A stretch of DNA of 64,000 nucleotides from Mobula hypostoma (GCF_963921235.1 NC_086098.1:237212001-237276000), one strand, 5' to 3'; shown: positions 1-13,919, numbered from the stretch's first letter. The notes: generated by a model from the sequence alone, not told the origin. Translations and numbers: made by a program.

Positions 1-1039
1 ATTAGTGATGTGGATTACTAGGTACAGATGAAGGCAAGTAAAATTTTGACAGAATTTATGTCAAAGCTTAGAAAATCTGCCAAACAGAGCTGAACGGGAA
101 AAATATGACAAAAAAAATAGCTTAAGCTGAGAAAAAATAAATAGTAATACGAATATAATATTGCAGGATAAACAAGCAATAACAACTTACTGAATAGATA
201 ATCATTCCAAACACACTTAAATTAGAGAAATAAATATGTGAAAAACACCAGAAATAGGCTAAAATACAAGAGGAAATTGAATGATTTTGGAACACGAACA
301 GGGTACACATTGTCCCCATAATTTTATATACATCCGGCAACATCCCAAAGGCACTACACAATAGCATTAAACAATTAGGACTACACAGTAATATCCAGGT
401 AAATTTTCAGAAGGCCACAATAATAACCAGAACCAGAATATTCCGATAGATTCTAACAATTGAGAAAAGAGCGTGCTTGCCTATACGCACGCCTCGTTTC
501 ACCAGATTGAGCCGAGAAAAAAATATTTTTACATTTCAATAATAATAATAATAAATAGATAGATGGATAAATTATGAATAAATGAATAAGTACATAGTTC
601 GATAGAAAAATAAATAAATAAATCGATAGATAGACAATTGGATAAATATACAAATAAATAAACAAAAACTTAAATAGCGATATATGAGTTGGTCCTTGAA
701 TATGAGTTATTATGTTGTGGCAACGATTAGTGTTGAGAAGAGTGAAGCTGAGTGAAGTTATCCCCTCTGGTTCAAGAGCTGATGTTTGAGGGGTAATACC
801 GGCTCCCGAACCTGGCGTGTGTCCTGAAGTTGCTGTGCCACCTTTTTGATGGCAGTAGCGAGTAGGGAGTGCGGTCTCGATGGTGAGATTATTGGATTAT
901 GGCTATTGCTTTCTGTGCAGATGTGTCTTAGAGTATAGATGTCTTTGAAAATATCTTGCTCCTATCTGCCGCTCAGTAGAGTAATCTTCTGAGACTGTTG
1001 AAAGTGTGCCACGGGACTGAGTCCAGACTAAGTAAGGCA

Positions 1040-1478
1040 GAAAGGAAAGAAGTTCCCGAGTGGAGTGAACTCGGCCTTTTCTCCTTGGAGTGACAGAGGA
1101 TGAGAGGTGACCTGAGAGAGGTGTATAAGATGATGAGAGGCATTGATCGTGTGGATAGTCAGAGACTTTTTCTCAGGGCTGAGATGGCTGCTACAAGAGG
1201 GCACGGGTTTGAGGTGCTTGGGAGTAGGTACAGTGGAGATGTCAGGGGTAGGTTTTTCACGCAGAGAGTGGTGAGTGCGTGGAATGGGCTGTTGGCAACT
1301 TTGGTGGAGGCGGATACGATAGGGTCTTATAGGAGACTTTTGGATAGGTACATGGAATTTAGGAAAATAGAGAGCTATGAGTAATCTTAGTAATTATAAG
1401 GTAGGGACATGTTCGGTACAACTTTGTGGGCCGAGGGGTCTGTATTGTGCTGTAGGTTTTCTGTGTTTCTATGTTTCT
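1040..1478 (+). mobile_element. CR1-type LINE 3' fragment
   Basis: ORF 1100-1384 (MRGDLREVYKMMRGIDRVD...FFTQRVVSAWNGL) is the CR1 ORF2 C-terminus. It ends in a TTTCTATG-type tail. Confidence 0.85.
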
Positions 1479-2692
1479 AAGTTTGTATGCATCACCGATC
1501 AGGCAGGGAAATGCATTTAAATTAACGACAAGTTAGGGATCACGCCTCCGATTCGTTAGCTTGGATCAACAGCCGGGTAAACAAAAACAGTCCGGAAACT
1601 CAAGTCTCGGCAGAAGAAAGTGAAGGGAGGATACCTGGGCCAGCCAATTCTGTGCCAGCGCAGGGACTCCCAAACCCGTCTCTAAGAAGAATAAGGCAAC
1701 TCTAGGTATCAGGAGGTCATGCCACTCCCGAGCTGACTCCCGGCTTCTAGCAGATTTCCAACCACCCTGAATAAATCCTTCATCAACGAAGGTTTAGACG
1801 CACATCGGCAAAAATGGTTTCAGCCCTAAACCAATTATTTCCACAATACGTGCAAAACCGAACAAGCCCGACGCAACACTACTTCTTCGGCTGCATGGTG
1901 CTCCCATGTTCCTGCCCTTCAGTCAGTGAGAATCTCCCTCCGTATTTTCAGTGGGATCGTCTTCTGACCTGTTTCGTCAGCGGGGAATATACGACAAGCC
2001 TTTGAGCAATCAAGGACAAACGGCACGCCACCATATTGGCTCTTAGATGACCAAGAACAAGTTATTGAATCGGCAGTTAGGACAAAGATTAAATTTAATT
2101 GCAACAAGCTGTAAACTGCAAATCATCCTTGAAACATTCAGGGATGGAAATACAGATTAACCGTTGGTCCTCGATGCTAGCGGTCGGCCTGTGCCTGAGG
2201 AAACTCTCAACATGGCTTCGGTTATATGAGCAAAACAATTGCATGCTTGTAAATCGCTTTACTGGGCAGAGGTGTGGAACTCGGTGTGATCCTCTGCTGC
2301 TGTAGCCAATCCAGTTGAAGAATCGATGCATTGTGCGTTGAGGTTCTCTTCTGCACTCCACTCTTGAAACACGTGGTTGTTTAAGTTAAGGTCCCCTTCC
2401 TACCATCTTACACCAGTCTGCCTTCTCCTCTGACTTTTCTCATTAACAAGCGCTTTCCTCCGCATACCTACCTCTCATTGGATGCTTTTTTAAAAATCTC
2501 TGTTTTGTGTTTGCGCCATTATCTGTAAGCTCAAGAGACTGTTGTGCGTGAAAACCGCAAGAGATCAGCATTTTCTGAGATGCACAACCTACTCTATCTG
2601 GCACCAACAATCATTCTACGGTTAAAGATACGTTGATATCATTTCCTTCCCATTATGATGTTTAGCCTGAACAGCAAGTGTACTCTTTAACC

Positions 2693-3517
2693 ATGTGGAT
2701 AAATGTGAAGTTATCCACTTTGGTGGCAAAAATAGGAAAACAGATTATTATCTGAATGGTGGCCGATTAGGAAAAGGGGAGGTGCAACGAGACCTGGGTG
2801 TCATTATACACCAGTCATTGAAAGTGGGCATGCAGGTACAGCAGGCGGTGAAAAAGGCGATTGGTATGCTGGCATTTATAGCGAGAGGATTCGAGTACAG
2901 GAGCAGGGAGGTACTACTGCAGTTGTACAAGGCCTTGGTGAGACCACACCTGGAGTATTGTGTGCAGTTTTGGTCCCCTAATCTGAGGAAAGACATCTTT
3001 GCCATAGAGGGAGTACAAAGAAGGTTCACCAGATTGATTCCTGGGATGGCAGGACTTTCATATGAAGAAAGACTGGATGAACTGGGCTTGTACTCGTTGG
3101 AATTTAGAAGATTGAGGGGGGATCTGATTGAAACGTATAAGGTCCTAAAGGAATTGGACAGGCTAGATGCAGGAAGATTGTTCCCGATGTTGGGGAAGTC
3201 CAGAACGAGGGGTCACAGTTTGAGGATAGAGGGGAAGCCTTTTAGGACCGAGATTAGGAAAAACTTCTTCACACAGAGAGTGGTGAATCTGTGGAATTCT
3301 CTGCCACAGCAAACTGTTGAGGCCAGTTCATTGGCTATGTTTAAGAGGGAGTTAGATATGGCCCTTGTGGCTACGGGGGTCAGGGGGTATGGAGGGAAGG
3401 CTGGGGCGGGGTTCTGAGTTGGATGATCAGCCATGATCATAATAAATGGCGGTGCAGGCTCGAAGGGCCGAATGGCCTACTCCTGCACCTATTTTCTATG
3501 TTTCTATGTTTCTATGT
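2693..3517 (+). mobile_element. CR1-type LINE, 5'-truncated
   Basis: ORF 2695-3417 (DKCEVIHFG...RPHLEYCVQFWSP...RGDLIETYK) is the post-RT CR1 ORF2 region. (TTTCTATG)3 tail. Very similar by eye to the copy at 27.5-28.3 kb. Confidence 0.92.
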
Positions 3518-4295
3518 CTGCATGCTTTGCATGTTGAGATGCTGACACATGACCAGCTGATTAGATAGGCGCTCCAACGAGCAGGTTTACATATGTACCT
3601 GCAATAGTATACTTATTTCATGTTTTGGATCCATTCGCCGGAAGCGATGCTTTTGCCAGCCAATTCTCCGTTCCCAATTTTTTTTTTAAATATGTTTATA
3701 AGTGATTTTGCCATCAAAGGGGTTTTTCGCCATTGGGTGAGATGTTGAGTTCATGCTTATGCTAAGGCCAGCGCACGACATAGTTCACGATCCTTCGTAT
3801 GCTTCCTAATGACCTCTGTGGTCGCCCACAGCAAGGAACACATGGGTCACGACCAGACAATTAAAAGCGCCTGAAAGGCTAACTAAAGGAAAAAGAAACG
3901 ACTTTCAATTGAAAGTAATTTACCATCAGTTTGAATCTGAATTTATTGGCTTGGGTGTCTAAATTACTCAAAAAAAATGTACATAAATGCAAGGTGTTAC
4001 CTGAATCAGAATCAGAAACAGTTTGCAAACCATTGAATATATCGTGACATCTATTATCTGTTATTTTGCGGTCGCAATAAATTGCAATCAGGTCAGGTCC
4101 ACTGCCCGATGCTAAAAGGCAACAACGGATCGCGGCAGCGAAATAGAGCTTTGGCCAGCGACCAATCGGCATCTGGGATTGATAATTAAAAACAAATTAA
4201 AGGAAGGCTGGGGCTATCGCAGCGGTCATCGTTTGAGTGGATATAATCAGAGTAGATATCTTGAGTCTTTAGCTCTTCGAGTCTTCAGCGAAGAG

Positions 4296-5330
4296 ATAGT
4301 TATAGTCATAGTCATACTTTATTGATCCCTGGGGAAATTGGTTTTCGTTACAGTTGCACCATAAATAATAAATAGTAAAAGAACCATAAATAGTTATATA
4401 GTAATATGTAAATTATGCCAGTAAATTATGAAATAAGTCCAGGACCAGCCTATTGGCTCAGGGTGTCTGACCCTCCAAGGGTGGAGTTGTAAAGTTTGAT
4501 GGCCACAGGCAGGAATGACTTCCTATGACGCTCTGTGCTGCATCTCGGTGGAATGAGTCTCTGGCTGAATGTACTCCTGTGCCCACCCAGTACATTATGT
4601 AGTGGATGAGAAACATTGACCAAGATGGCCTGCAACTTAGACAGCATCTTCTTTTCAGACACCACTGTGAGAGAGTCCAGTTCCATCCCCACAACATCAC
4701 TGGCCTTACGGATGAGTTTGTTGATTCTGCTGGTGTCTGCTACCCTCAACCTGCTGCCCCAGCGCACAACAGCAAACGTGATAGAACTGACCACCACAGA
4801 CTCGTAGAACATCCTCAGCATCGTTCGGCATATGTTAAAGGACCTCAGTCTCCTCAGGAAATAAAGACGGCTCTGACCCTTCTTGTAGACAGCCTTAGTG
4901 TTCTTTGACCAGTCCAGTTTATTGTCAATTCGTATCCCCAGGTATCTGTAATCCTTCACCATGTCCCCACTGACCCCCTGGATGGAAACAGTGGTCACCG
5001 GTACCTTAGCTCTCCTCAAGTCTACCACCAGCTCCTTAGTCTTTTTCACATTAAGCTGCAGATAATTCTGCTCACACCATGTGACAGTGTTTCCTACCGT
5101 AGCCCTATACTCAGCTCATCTCCCTTGCTGATGCATCCAGCTATGGCAGAGTCATCGGAAAACTTCTGAAGATGACAAGACTCTGTGCAGTAGTTGAAGT
5201 CTGAGGTGTAAATGGTGAAGAGAAAGGGAGACAAGACAGTCCCCTGTGGAACCCCAGTGCTGCTGATCACTCTGTCGGACACACGGTGTTGCAAGCACAC
5301 GTACTGTGGTCTGCCGTCAGGTAGTCAAGG
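4296..5330 (-). mobile_element. Rex1/Babar-like non-LTR retrotransposon, 3' part
   Basis: RT motifs GVPQGTVLSPFLFTIYT and KFSDD (5094-5300), then KTKELVVDLRR...YRYLG...KSFLPVAIKLYN (4450-5049), and a short (ATGACT)n-like tail near 4300. Confidence 0.8.
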
Positions 5331-5820
5331 ATCCATGACACCAGGGAAGCCCTCAACGTACGTTTTGACTATAAAATATCCATCCCAGTGGTTCCATTTG
5401 CCAGAACTTGATACTCAGCCTTCCCTGCTGTATAAATTGTAGTCCTTGTCTTGGTCTGCTTTACTTGACGCATTGATACCAGTGGTGCGTTCAGTATAAT
5501 CCCTCTGAGAGTACTGCGCTCCCACAGCACTCCACCTGAATGAGCCCTAGCGACTCCATTTTAGATCTCGATATTTCAATGCCATTCACAGTATGCCTAC
5601 AGCCCATTAGTGGCAGTTGGTTCATTAGACCAATGTTAATTTTATCAAAATAAACTTTACTCGTAAAGAAAAAAATGCAAGAATAAACAGTTCAATGTTT
5701 TTTCATTCATTCATTCATAGACAATGCAGGAAGTAGTATTCTGTTACATTCCTTAGAGCTAAAATGAGTGGGGCACATGTTGTACTCGACTACAATAATT
5801 AAGGGGTTTTCCGCAACCAA

Positions 5821-5888
5821 TCTCTCTCTCTCTCTCTCTTTCTCCCTCCCTTCTGTCTCTCTTTCTCTCTGCCCCCCCCCCCCCCCCG
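5821..5888. repeat. (TC)n microsatellite plus poly-C
   Basis: Seen directly in the sequence. Confidence 0.9.
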
Positions 5889-6169
5889 TTACCTTTCTCT
5901 CTTTCTCTCTATTTTCTTCTTCAGCACAGCCGCCTTATTGGGGCATAGGCGCCGACAGCACCTCGCCCGGGTCTTCCGTTCTGGGCCTCTTTCAATTTGT
6001 CCCTTGGTGTAGCCCATTTTCGAAGATCTTTTTTCTCCCCGGGATGAGGCCTTTGGAGTTTCTATTGGCGTTTCTGTGCCAAACTGTCCTCCTTTCGCAG
6101 CCAGGCTTGGGACCGTACATGGCGAAGTTTGGTGGACCCAGAGTGTTTAATTAGTACCTGCACAAATGA

Positions 6170-8480
6170 GACGGGGATTTGTGGCGCTGTTGGTCATGAG
6201 GAGACGAGTTCTCAGCTACAGAATGATATTGATAAGTTTAGTTACATCTTTTCTCAGATGGAGCCCAAAGCTGTTCACAGTGCCTTACAGTGCCTTATAA
6301 GGCCTAAGTATCACACCTCTGCTAATGTATTCAGTCCCTCTTGAAATGATTGCTAAGATTGCACTTGCCTTCCTCACCACCGACTCAACCTGAAACTTAA
6401 CCTTTAGGGTGTTCTACACAGGGATCCCAAAGTTTCTTTATATCTCAGATTTCTGGACTTGCTCCCATTTCCAACATTGTATTTCATTTGCCACTTTCAT
6501 GCCCAGTTTCTTGATCTGTCTAAGTCCTATTTCATCCGACCTGCTTCCTCAACACTACCTTCCCCTCCACTATTCTTCGTAAAAGCTGCAAACTTGGTAA
6601 CAAAGCCAGCTATTCCATCACCTAAGTCACTGATATACAGCATAAAAATATGCTTTCCTGACACTGATCCCTGGGGAACACCATTTATTACCAGCAGCCA
6701 ACAGATCAACAATCCTTTAATTCCCACTCGTTGCCTCTTACAAATCAGCCAATGCCCTAAGCATGTGGCCGAATATATCTTATGGTCTTATGTCTTATAT
6801 TTGATAGACATAGACCGATTAAGGATAGTCAGCATGGCTTCGTAACTGGTAGGTGTGATCTAACAAATCTTTTGAATTTTTCGAGTAAGTTGCCAGGAAG
6901 GTGGATGACGGCAATGAACTGATGTTGTCGACATGGACTTTATCAAAGTATTTGATACGGTTCCTCACGGGAGGTTGGTCAAGAAGTTTCAGCCGCTCGA
7001 AAGTCATGATGACGAGGTAAATTTTACTCGACATTAGCTTTCTGAGAGAATCTGTAGAATGATAGGAGATGGTTGTCTCTCTGACTGGAGGCCTATGACT
7101 GGTAGAGTGCCGCAGGGATCGCTTCGGGGTTAGTTGCTGTGTATCATCTACATCAGTGATCTGGATGATAACGTGATTAACTGTATCAACAAATTTGCTG
7201 ATGACACCAAGATTGCGTGTGTGATTGACAGCATGATTAGCTATTGTGGCTTGCAGCGGAATTTGGACCAGCTGGCAGCATCGGCTGAAAATATGACAGA
7301 TGGAAATTAAAGTAGATAGATCCGAGGTGTTGCACTTCGGTAGGACCACCCAGCGTAAGCTTTACACAGTAAACAGTAGGGCATTAAGGAGTGCGGTAGA
7401 ACAGAGGGATCTCGGAACACAGACTCATACTTCATAGAAAACTGCGTCACAAGTAGATATGATCGTAAAGAAGGGCTTTTGAACTTTCGCCTTCATAAAT
7501 AAAAGGACTCATTGCAGAGGATGGAATATGATGTTGAATTTATAGCAAACATTGGTGAGGTCTAATTTGGAATATTGTGTGAAGTTTTGGTCACCTACCT
7601 ACAGGAAAGATGTAAGAAAGGTTGAAAGAGTACGGAGAAAATTTACAATTCCTTGGTGGGGAAAGGGTGCATTGTTGCTTGTTGCTGCTTACGCGCAGGA
7701 GGGAGGGGGGCTGAGGGGGTACTTTGGGGTTCTAACATTTAACTGACGTTCATTGTTTGGGGGACTCCTCCGTTTTCGTGGATAGCTGCGCAGAATAAAA
7801 GCATTTTAGTATGTATACTGTACACATTTCTCTGACATTACATTGGACCTTTGAGGTATGGAGGACTTGAGCTATAAGGACAGATTGAAAAGGTTAGGAT
7901 TTCTTTTCCTTGAACAGTAGAAGATTGAACGGATATTTGATAGAGCTATACACCATTATACAGGTTATTTATTGGGTAAATGCAAGGAGGCTGTTTCCTC
8001 TGCTGTGGGACTACAACCTGAGTTCATGGAATAAGTATCAAATATGAGATGTTCAAGGGAGACATGAGGGGAAACTTCTTCACTCAGAGGGTTGTGAGAG
8101 TGTGCAAGTCCTGCATGCGACCTCGATCTCAAAAATGAGCAGCATTATGGATCGGTGTATGGATGGTAGGGGTATGGAAGGCTATGGTCCCTGTGCAGAT
8201 CGATGAGGTTAAGCAGGTTAAATGGTTCGGCATGTACTAAATGGGCCGGTGCTCCGGTTTCTGTGATGTACTGTTCTATGACTGTGGCTCTATAACTCTA
8301 AATGAAAGGATGGAATGCTGAGGCTCTATAAGACACTGGTAAGGCTTCATCTGGAGTATTGTGAGCAGGTTTGGGGCACTCAATTAAGGAAGCAAGTGCC
8401 GACTTTGGAAATGGTTCCAAGGAGGTTCACTAGAATGATTCCGAGAATGAAAAGCTTATCATATGCCATGAGTGTTGATA
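6170..8480. mobile_element. Cluster of degenerate CR1 LINE fragments in both orientations
   Basis: GVPQGSVSG/FVTKFA on - (6527-6727). On +, frameshifted RT text (VRSNLEYCVKFWSP, RLHLEYCEQVW). Confidence 0.7.
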
Positions 8481-8819
8481 ACTTCTGCGTCGTGCCGTGG
8501 AACATTCATTTTCTGGAGCACTTATATTGACTGATTGTTGCTATAAAAAGAAGCATTAAGACTATGTGCTTCTGTTTAATCTTGTCAAGTTAATTCTGAC
8601 TGTCACGCATTGTCCGCTTTATACGATTATTTAAAGCAAACTCCCGTTTAACACTCGTTGAGGCGAACTTGAGTTGAGAATGATTTGTCTTGCTGCGTCG
8701 CACAGTCATGCGCAGATGCTGTTTTGAAATTCTTATGTCTAATCCCTTGTTTTGCGTCTCTACAGCTGAGTCTGCCGTTCCTCCACGCCTGGATTCAGTC
8801 GTTGCCGGGCTCACTTGAC

Positions 8820-9190
8820 ATCATATGATGAGCGGTTGATGGCTGTGGGCATCTGCTGGCTAAAATTTCGGAGAAAGTAGGATGATCTCATTGAAAGCTA
8901 TCGAATGTTAGACGGACAAGACAGAATGGGCATTCACTCTGTCGGGGATACCTAGGACCAAATACCACAGCCTCATAATAGAGGTACGTCCGTATAGAAC
9001 TGAGATGAGATGGCCTTTATTTACCAGAGGGTGCTGAATATGGGGAATTCGTTCCCGAAGGTGTCTGCAGAGACCATGTCATTGGATGTATTTAAGGCGG
9101 AAAGTGACACGGTCTCGATTAGTTAGTGCATGAAAGGTGATTGGGAGACAGCAGGAGAATGGGATTGAGAACGAAACAGAATAGCCATGA
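8820..9190 (+). mobile_element. Degenerate CR1 3' fragment
   Basis: Nucleotide similarity by eye to the CR1 3' ends elsewhere in the window (gatctcattgaaagctatcg..., ggatgtatttaaggcgg...). Confidence 0.6.
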
Positions 9191-10019
9191 AGAAATGGCG
9201 GAGGAGATGCAACGTTTCAAAGGTTCGTTTTTTATCAAAGTATGCATGCAGTCTACAGCTGTCAGATTCCGCTCCAGATGGCCACAGAACAAAGGGAACC
9301 ATGGACAGTCGTTCACAGAGAAAAGGCAAACCCAGTCCCCGCACAAAATAGAACGGAACCATAATCACCAACATACAAACTCCTGCCCCCGCACAAAAAG
9401 CAAAAAAAACATCGATTTCCAACCTTCTCCCTCCCCAGCACAAAAAATACAACGAGAAAGAACGGGTTAAACATAAAATATAGAATCAATTAGCCTGGAA
9501 AAAGTCCATGGTTCAATTCATAAACTTCTTCAGACATCATGGAAGCAGAGAGACTGTACTCCGGGCACAGCGAGCCACCACACAGCGGCAGGCCACGCAG
9601 TCTCCTTCTCCTGCAGCTGAGGGATCCCATCAATGATCCAAAGGGAGACAGTCGGCGCTAAAGCCTCGCTAGCCTTCCGTATTCGCATCGATGTTTCAAT
9701 CTTCCTTCGCGTTTTGAAGGGCAATTAATAAAGGCCTTAAACGGCAAAATGTAGTCGACCATGGTCGCGCGCCAAGCGTCGAAAGTTCTTTGAGGCGAGG
9801 GCGTTCGAATTTGCTTGCCGGAATCTTCTGGAGACAGCAAGCAGTGGATCACTCAGTCAATCTCGAAACTGTAAATCACAGGCTCTAGTAGTTGCAGAAA
9901 CACATTTCAGTTGAAAACCGGACGTACAATAGATAAAATAAGCAGTTTCTTGGACTACCTGGACGATGACGACCGAGGGAGCGTTGTACGCAGGCGCCGT
10001 CTCTGACTCGATGTGCTGA

Positions 10020-10345
10020 TTAACCTAATTCTGATCTTCTGTGTCATGGTCTTATGGTCTCTTTCCCCAGTCCCATGTGTCTCTCTCTCTTTCGCTCAAA
10101 CCCTCTTTATCCACACCATCAAATCTGTCATTGCCTATATCTCTCTCCCTCCCCTCTTTGTCCTTCTCACTCTCCGTTTCCCTCCACATCTCACGCTCTC
10201 CATTTCTCCATATTTCTGTCTCTGTCTTTCCCTGTCTCTGTCTGTCTCTTTGCGTGACTCTCTCTGTCTCGCTCCCTATGACTCTCTCTCTTTCTGTCTC
10301 TCTCTATCTCTGTTTCTCTGGCTCTCTTGTTTCCATGTCTTGATT
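10020..10345. repeat. Degenerate TC/TCTG-rich low-complexity tract
   Basis: Seen directly. It produces spurious Ser/Leu-rich ORFs. Confidence 0.85.
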
Positions 10346-11535
10346 AGCTTTTACTGCTCTTCAGCTGCTGTACTGCCGTAAGTGTTCCTGCTTGCTGCCA
10401 AAGCCCACTTCCTCCACCTGTCTCACTAACACCTACCGTGTCTCACTAATGGCAGACCATTACGTTCACGACGCTCTCCAGTCCTACTTCCTTCCTGTCG
10501 CTGTTTTCAATTCCTTGGTTTGCACAACACTCATCTGTACTCCAGGTAGTCCCAGTTATCATGGCTATGCTGTAAAATTGGCAAATTAGTTTATTATTGT
10601 CACAAACCGAGCATTTTATTATGTTTTGCATGACTTCCATTTAGTTCCCATCATGGTAATCAGACCTATCCCAGAGCATCCCTGCACTGATTTCCCTCAC
10701 TCCCCTGGTTAAAACTGAACTGGCCTGAGCTCCCTGAAAGTGGCGACACAGGATAATTGAGTAGGCATATGGCATGCTCGCCTTTATTAGTCGAGGCGCT
10801 GAGTTCAACATTCAAGAAGTTATGTTGCAGCTTTTTAAACTGTAGTTAGGCTGCTTCTGTCGTTCATACAGTTCTGGTAAAAGGAAGCACGTGCTAGCTA
10901 TCCATTATAAGTATGAGGAGTCTTTGGTGAGGGGGCAGAAGAGGTTTAACAAAACGCTGCCTCAGTTAGAGGGCATGTATAATTACGAGAGGCCATATCA
11001 ACTTGGGTTGCTTACTCTGAAGCAGTGGATTCTCAGGGGAGATTTGGACAGAGATTTGTAAGATTATGAGAAGCAATGGGCAGTAACTGTTTTTATACAG
11101 AGAGTGGTGGGAGGCTGAATGCACTGCCTGGGGTGCGAATCGACTCATATTTATTCAGGACTAACGAGACGCTTGAGAAGTTATACGAATGTGCGGGAAA
11201 TTGGGGTATACGATCATTTTGTCGCCAGGAGGGAGCAGGCTATTATCCATTTGATTCAGAATTTCATTCGTTCGGCGCAACATTAATAACTGCAGGGGCG
11301 CTTCCTGCAGTATTCAATGTTCTATGTTCTCTCACTGTGGGTTTGTGTCTCATGTTGGGCGGTAAGATGACGAACACTGGCTCACCCACGGAACACACAA
11401 AATACCGGAGGAACTCATCAGGTCAGACAACATCTATGAAGGGGAACAAACAGTCGACCTCTCGGGCGGAGACTATTCACCAGGCCTGGGAAGAGTCACG
11501 TTGATAAAATAACAAGGTAGGAGAAGGGGAGGAGC

Positions 11536-12863
11536 TGTCACATTGGGGTGCTGGGAACAGACCCAAGTGGAAGACACAGACACTGAAGTACAAAGAACAG
11601 GACTTGACTAGAGTAGGGACGTGACAGGTTTCAGGCAAGGAGCAGCTACAAGAACGCAAACTTGGGCTAGGGAAAGTGGGACCAGGACTAGGAACCATGG
11701 ACTAGGAGACAAAGCTTGGACTCCGAGCCCGAGAGTGGACAAGGACCCAGAACCTGGGTCTTGCCTCGGGCTCGGACCCCGGAACCAGACAAGGACATGA
11801 CATGGCTTCAGAACAGGTCGTGGCTGGAGTCTAGAGGCCTGAGCTTGGACACAGACTGGGGTCTTAGCTCTTGAGGCTTGGGTCTGGGATCTTGAGTCTT
11901 GGGTCTTGAGCTTGGCTGCGGGATCTTCAAGGTTTCGGTTCCTGAAGCTCAGAGACAGACTGGGCACCGAACATCAACACAGAGCTAGGACTTATCCTTC
12001 GACAAGCCGGGACTCATCTTTAACACGACACTAACATGAGACAGGAGAGAACATAAACATAGAGCCGGAAGTTATCCTAAGACAAGCCTGGACTCAATGT
12101 CATCTCCATACCAAGGTGGGACAGGTCTCTCCGTCAGGTAACGGCAGAACGGCCGGACTTACCCAACAGAGGCAAGGACAAGACAAGGCAGAGTCCCCCG
12201 CAGGGCAACGGCAAAACAGCCTGACTTACCCCACGGAGGCGAGTACAAAACAAGACAAGACAGGACCCCCCCACCCCCCGCAGGGCAACGGCAAAACAGC
12301 CTGACTTACCCCACGGAGCCGAGGACAAGACAAGACCACCCCCCTCCCGCAGGGCAACGGCAAAACACCCTGGCGTACCGCCCAGAGGCGAGGACAAGAA
12401 GAGACAAACACCGAAGAACAACAGACAATTCCATCTCTGCTCCGGATTAGCTCCAAATCTCAGTTCGGCCAGCAACCTCATCTGGCTATAGAAACAGCCG
12501 GATCCCTACCTAGCTCCGAATGGCTGGCAGCCACTCAGCTGGCCCGGGAAATAGCTGAATCCATACCGCAAAAACTACACCAACAAGTGGCAACAAGACC
12601 CCATGAAGCAGTGGTCCTCCAACCAGGCCTAGAGATCTCAAATGGTTTCACTAGCATTCCATCAGCGGGTTGCTCCAAGGGGGACTGACAAGCCAAATCA
12701 GCAGCCCACACTCAATCCCAAGGCTACTTATATTGCAAGCCCAAAGATGAGAATCAGGTGCCTATGATTAACTCAAACAAGGGGCAGCTGGAAGACCCGG
12801 AGTCCTGAGTCAACGGACCGGACCGTTAACCGGAACGCGGACTCATGAGACTGGATCATGACA
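11536..12863. mobile_element. Solo LTR (probably Ty3/Gypsy type), 1328 bp
   Basis: Begins TGTCA and ends TGACA, flanked by an identical 5-bp TSD GGAGC (11531-11535 and 12864-12868). Contains internal ~60-bp tandem units at about 12130-12400. Homologous ends to the element at 56026-57366. Confidence 0.85.
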
Positions 12864-13919
12864 GGAGCACAAGTTGGCAGAGGATAGGTTTGGGGATTGG
12901 GGAGGGGTGAGGTTTGGGAGGAGGTGAGGTGCGGTCTGATTTGGAGGGATTGGGAATGACGAAGTTTGCTGGGTACGGGAAAAGGACAGATTTGCGTGGG
13001 GCGATGGGGATTGGTGAGATTTTTGGGGGAGTGGGTGAGTTTTGGCGGGCTGATGTACCAGTGATGTTTTCTTAGTGAGTGATGGCCACTGAGTTTCGAG
13101 TATGATGTTTCTGCGCCCATTTGGAAACACATCGGCGAATCCCCTGCAGTGGGCACCCGAGTACCTGGGCTCAATCTCCTGGACTGGCCTTATTTTCAAA
13201 TGTGTGAATGAGTAGCTGAGTGTCAGCCGAGAATCGATGGGCCGAAGGGCTATTTGCAAAGTGTAGCATTCTACGCGAACCAATTCCTCACCCCACCCCA
13301 CTCAGGGATTTGATCCTGCTGGGGACGCTGAACTGAGAGTCGTGGAGTGGAGAACTAACCTTTCTTTCCTTCTATCTCCTCCCCTCCCACAGCTCTTCCT
13401 CTGAGGACTAAGGCCACCAAACCTCGGTACCCATCTACTACTTCCTCCTGCTGTTCGCTTTCCTCACTAGCTCCCTCCTTCCCTCCCAACTGCACGAACG
13501 CCTGACTCCCGGCTGCTTTGATTGCATTGGTGAGTGTCACGCAACGGAAGGCTGAGAGGTACATGGGGACAGAGTTTGAGGGGTGATGTGTGTGTGCAAC
13601 TCTGGGGAGTGATTGGTGGGGGTGCGGGTCACGTTCGCCTCAGATTGAAGACTTTTCCTTAGCTCTAACCTGCCTCGCAAACCCCACGTCCCCTCAGTTT
13701 GCGGACAACCTCGCAGACATCAGCACATTCAGTCCACCAGATATTTTATCACTCTCTCCCACATTTCCGTCGTTTCCCCCCGTTTCCAGCCCTTCATTCA
13801 CTTACCGACATTAATTTATGCCAATTAACCCCTCTCGACCCAGCATGTCACTGTGATGCGGGAGGTACCAGAACACCAGAGGAAACACACGGGGCCACGG
13901 GGAGAACATACGAAATACA

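Noticed and set aside
8770-8820. V-start-like AESAVPPRLDSVVAGLT* after a good acceptor
   Set aside because: Only 17 codons before a stop and a CR1 fragment, too little to call.
12130-12400. Regularly spaced repeats resembling a CRISPR array (also 56965-57110)
   Set aside because: They are tandem minisatellite units without unique spacers, inside eukaryotic LTRs, with no cas genes.
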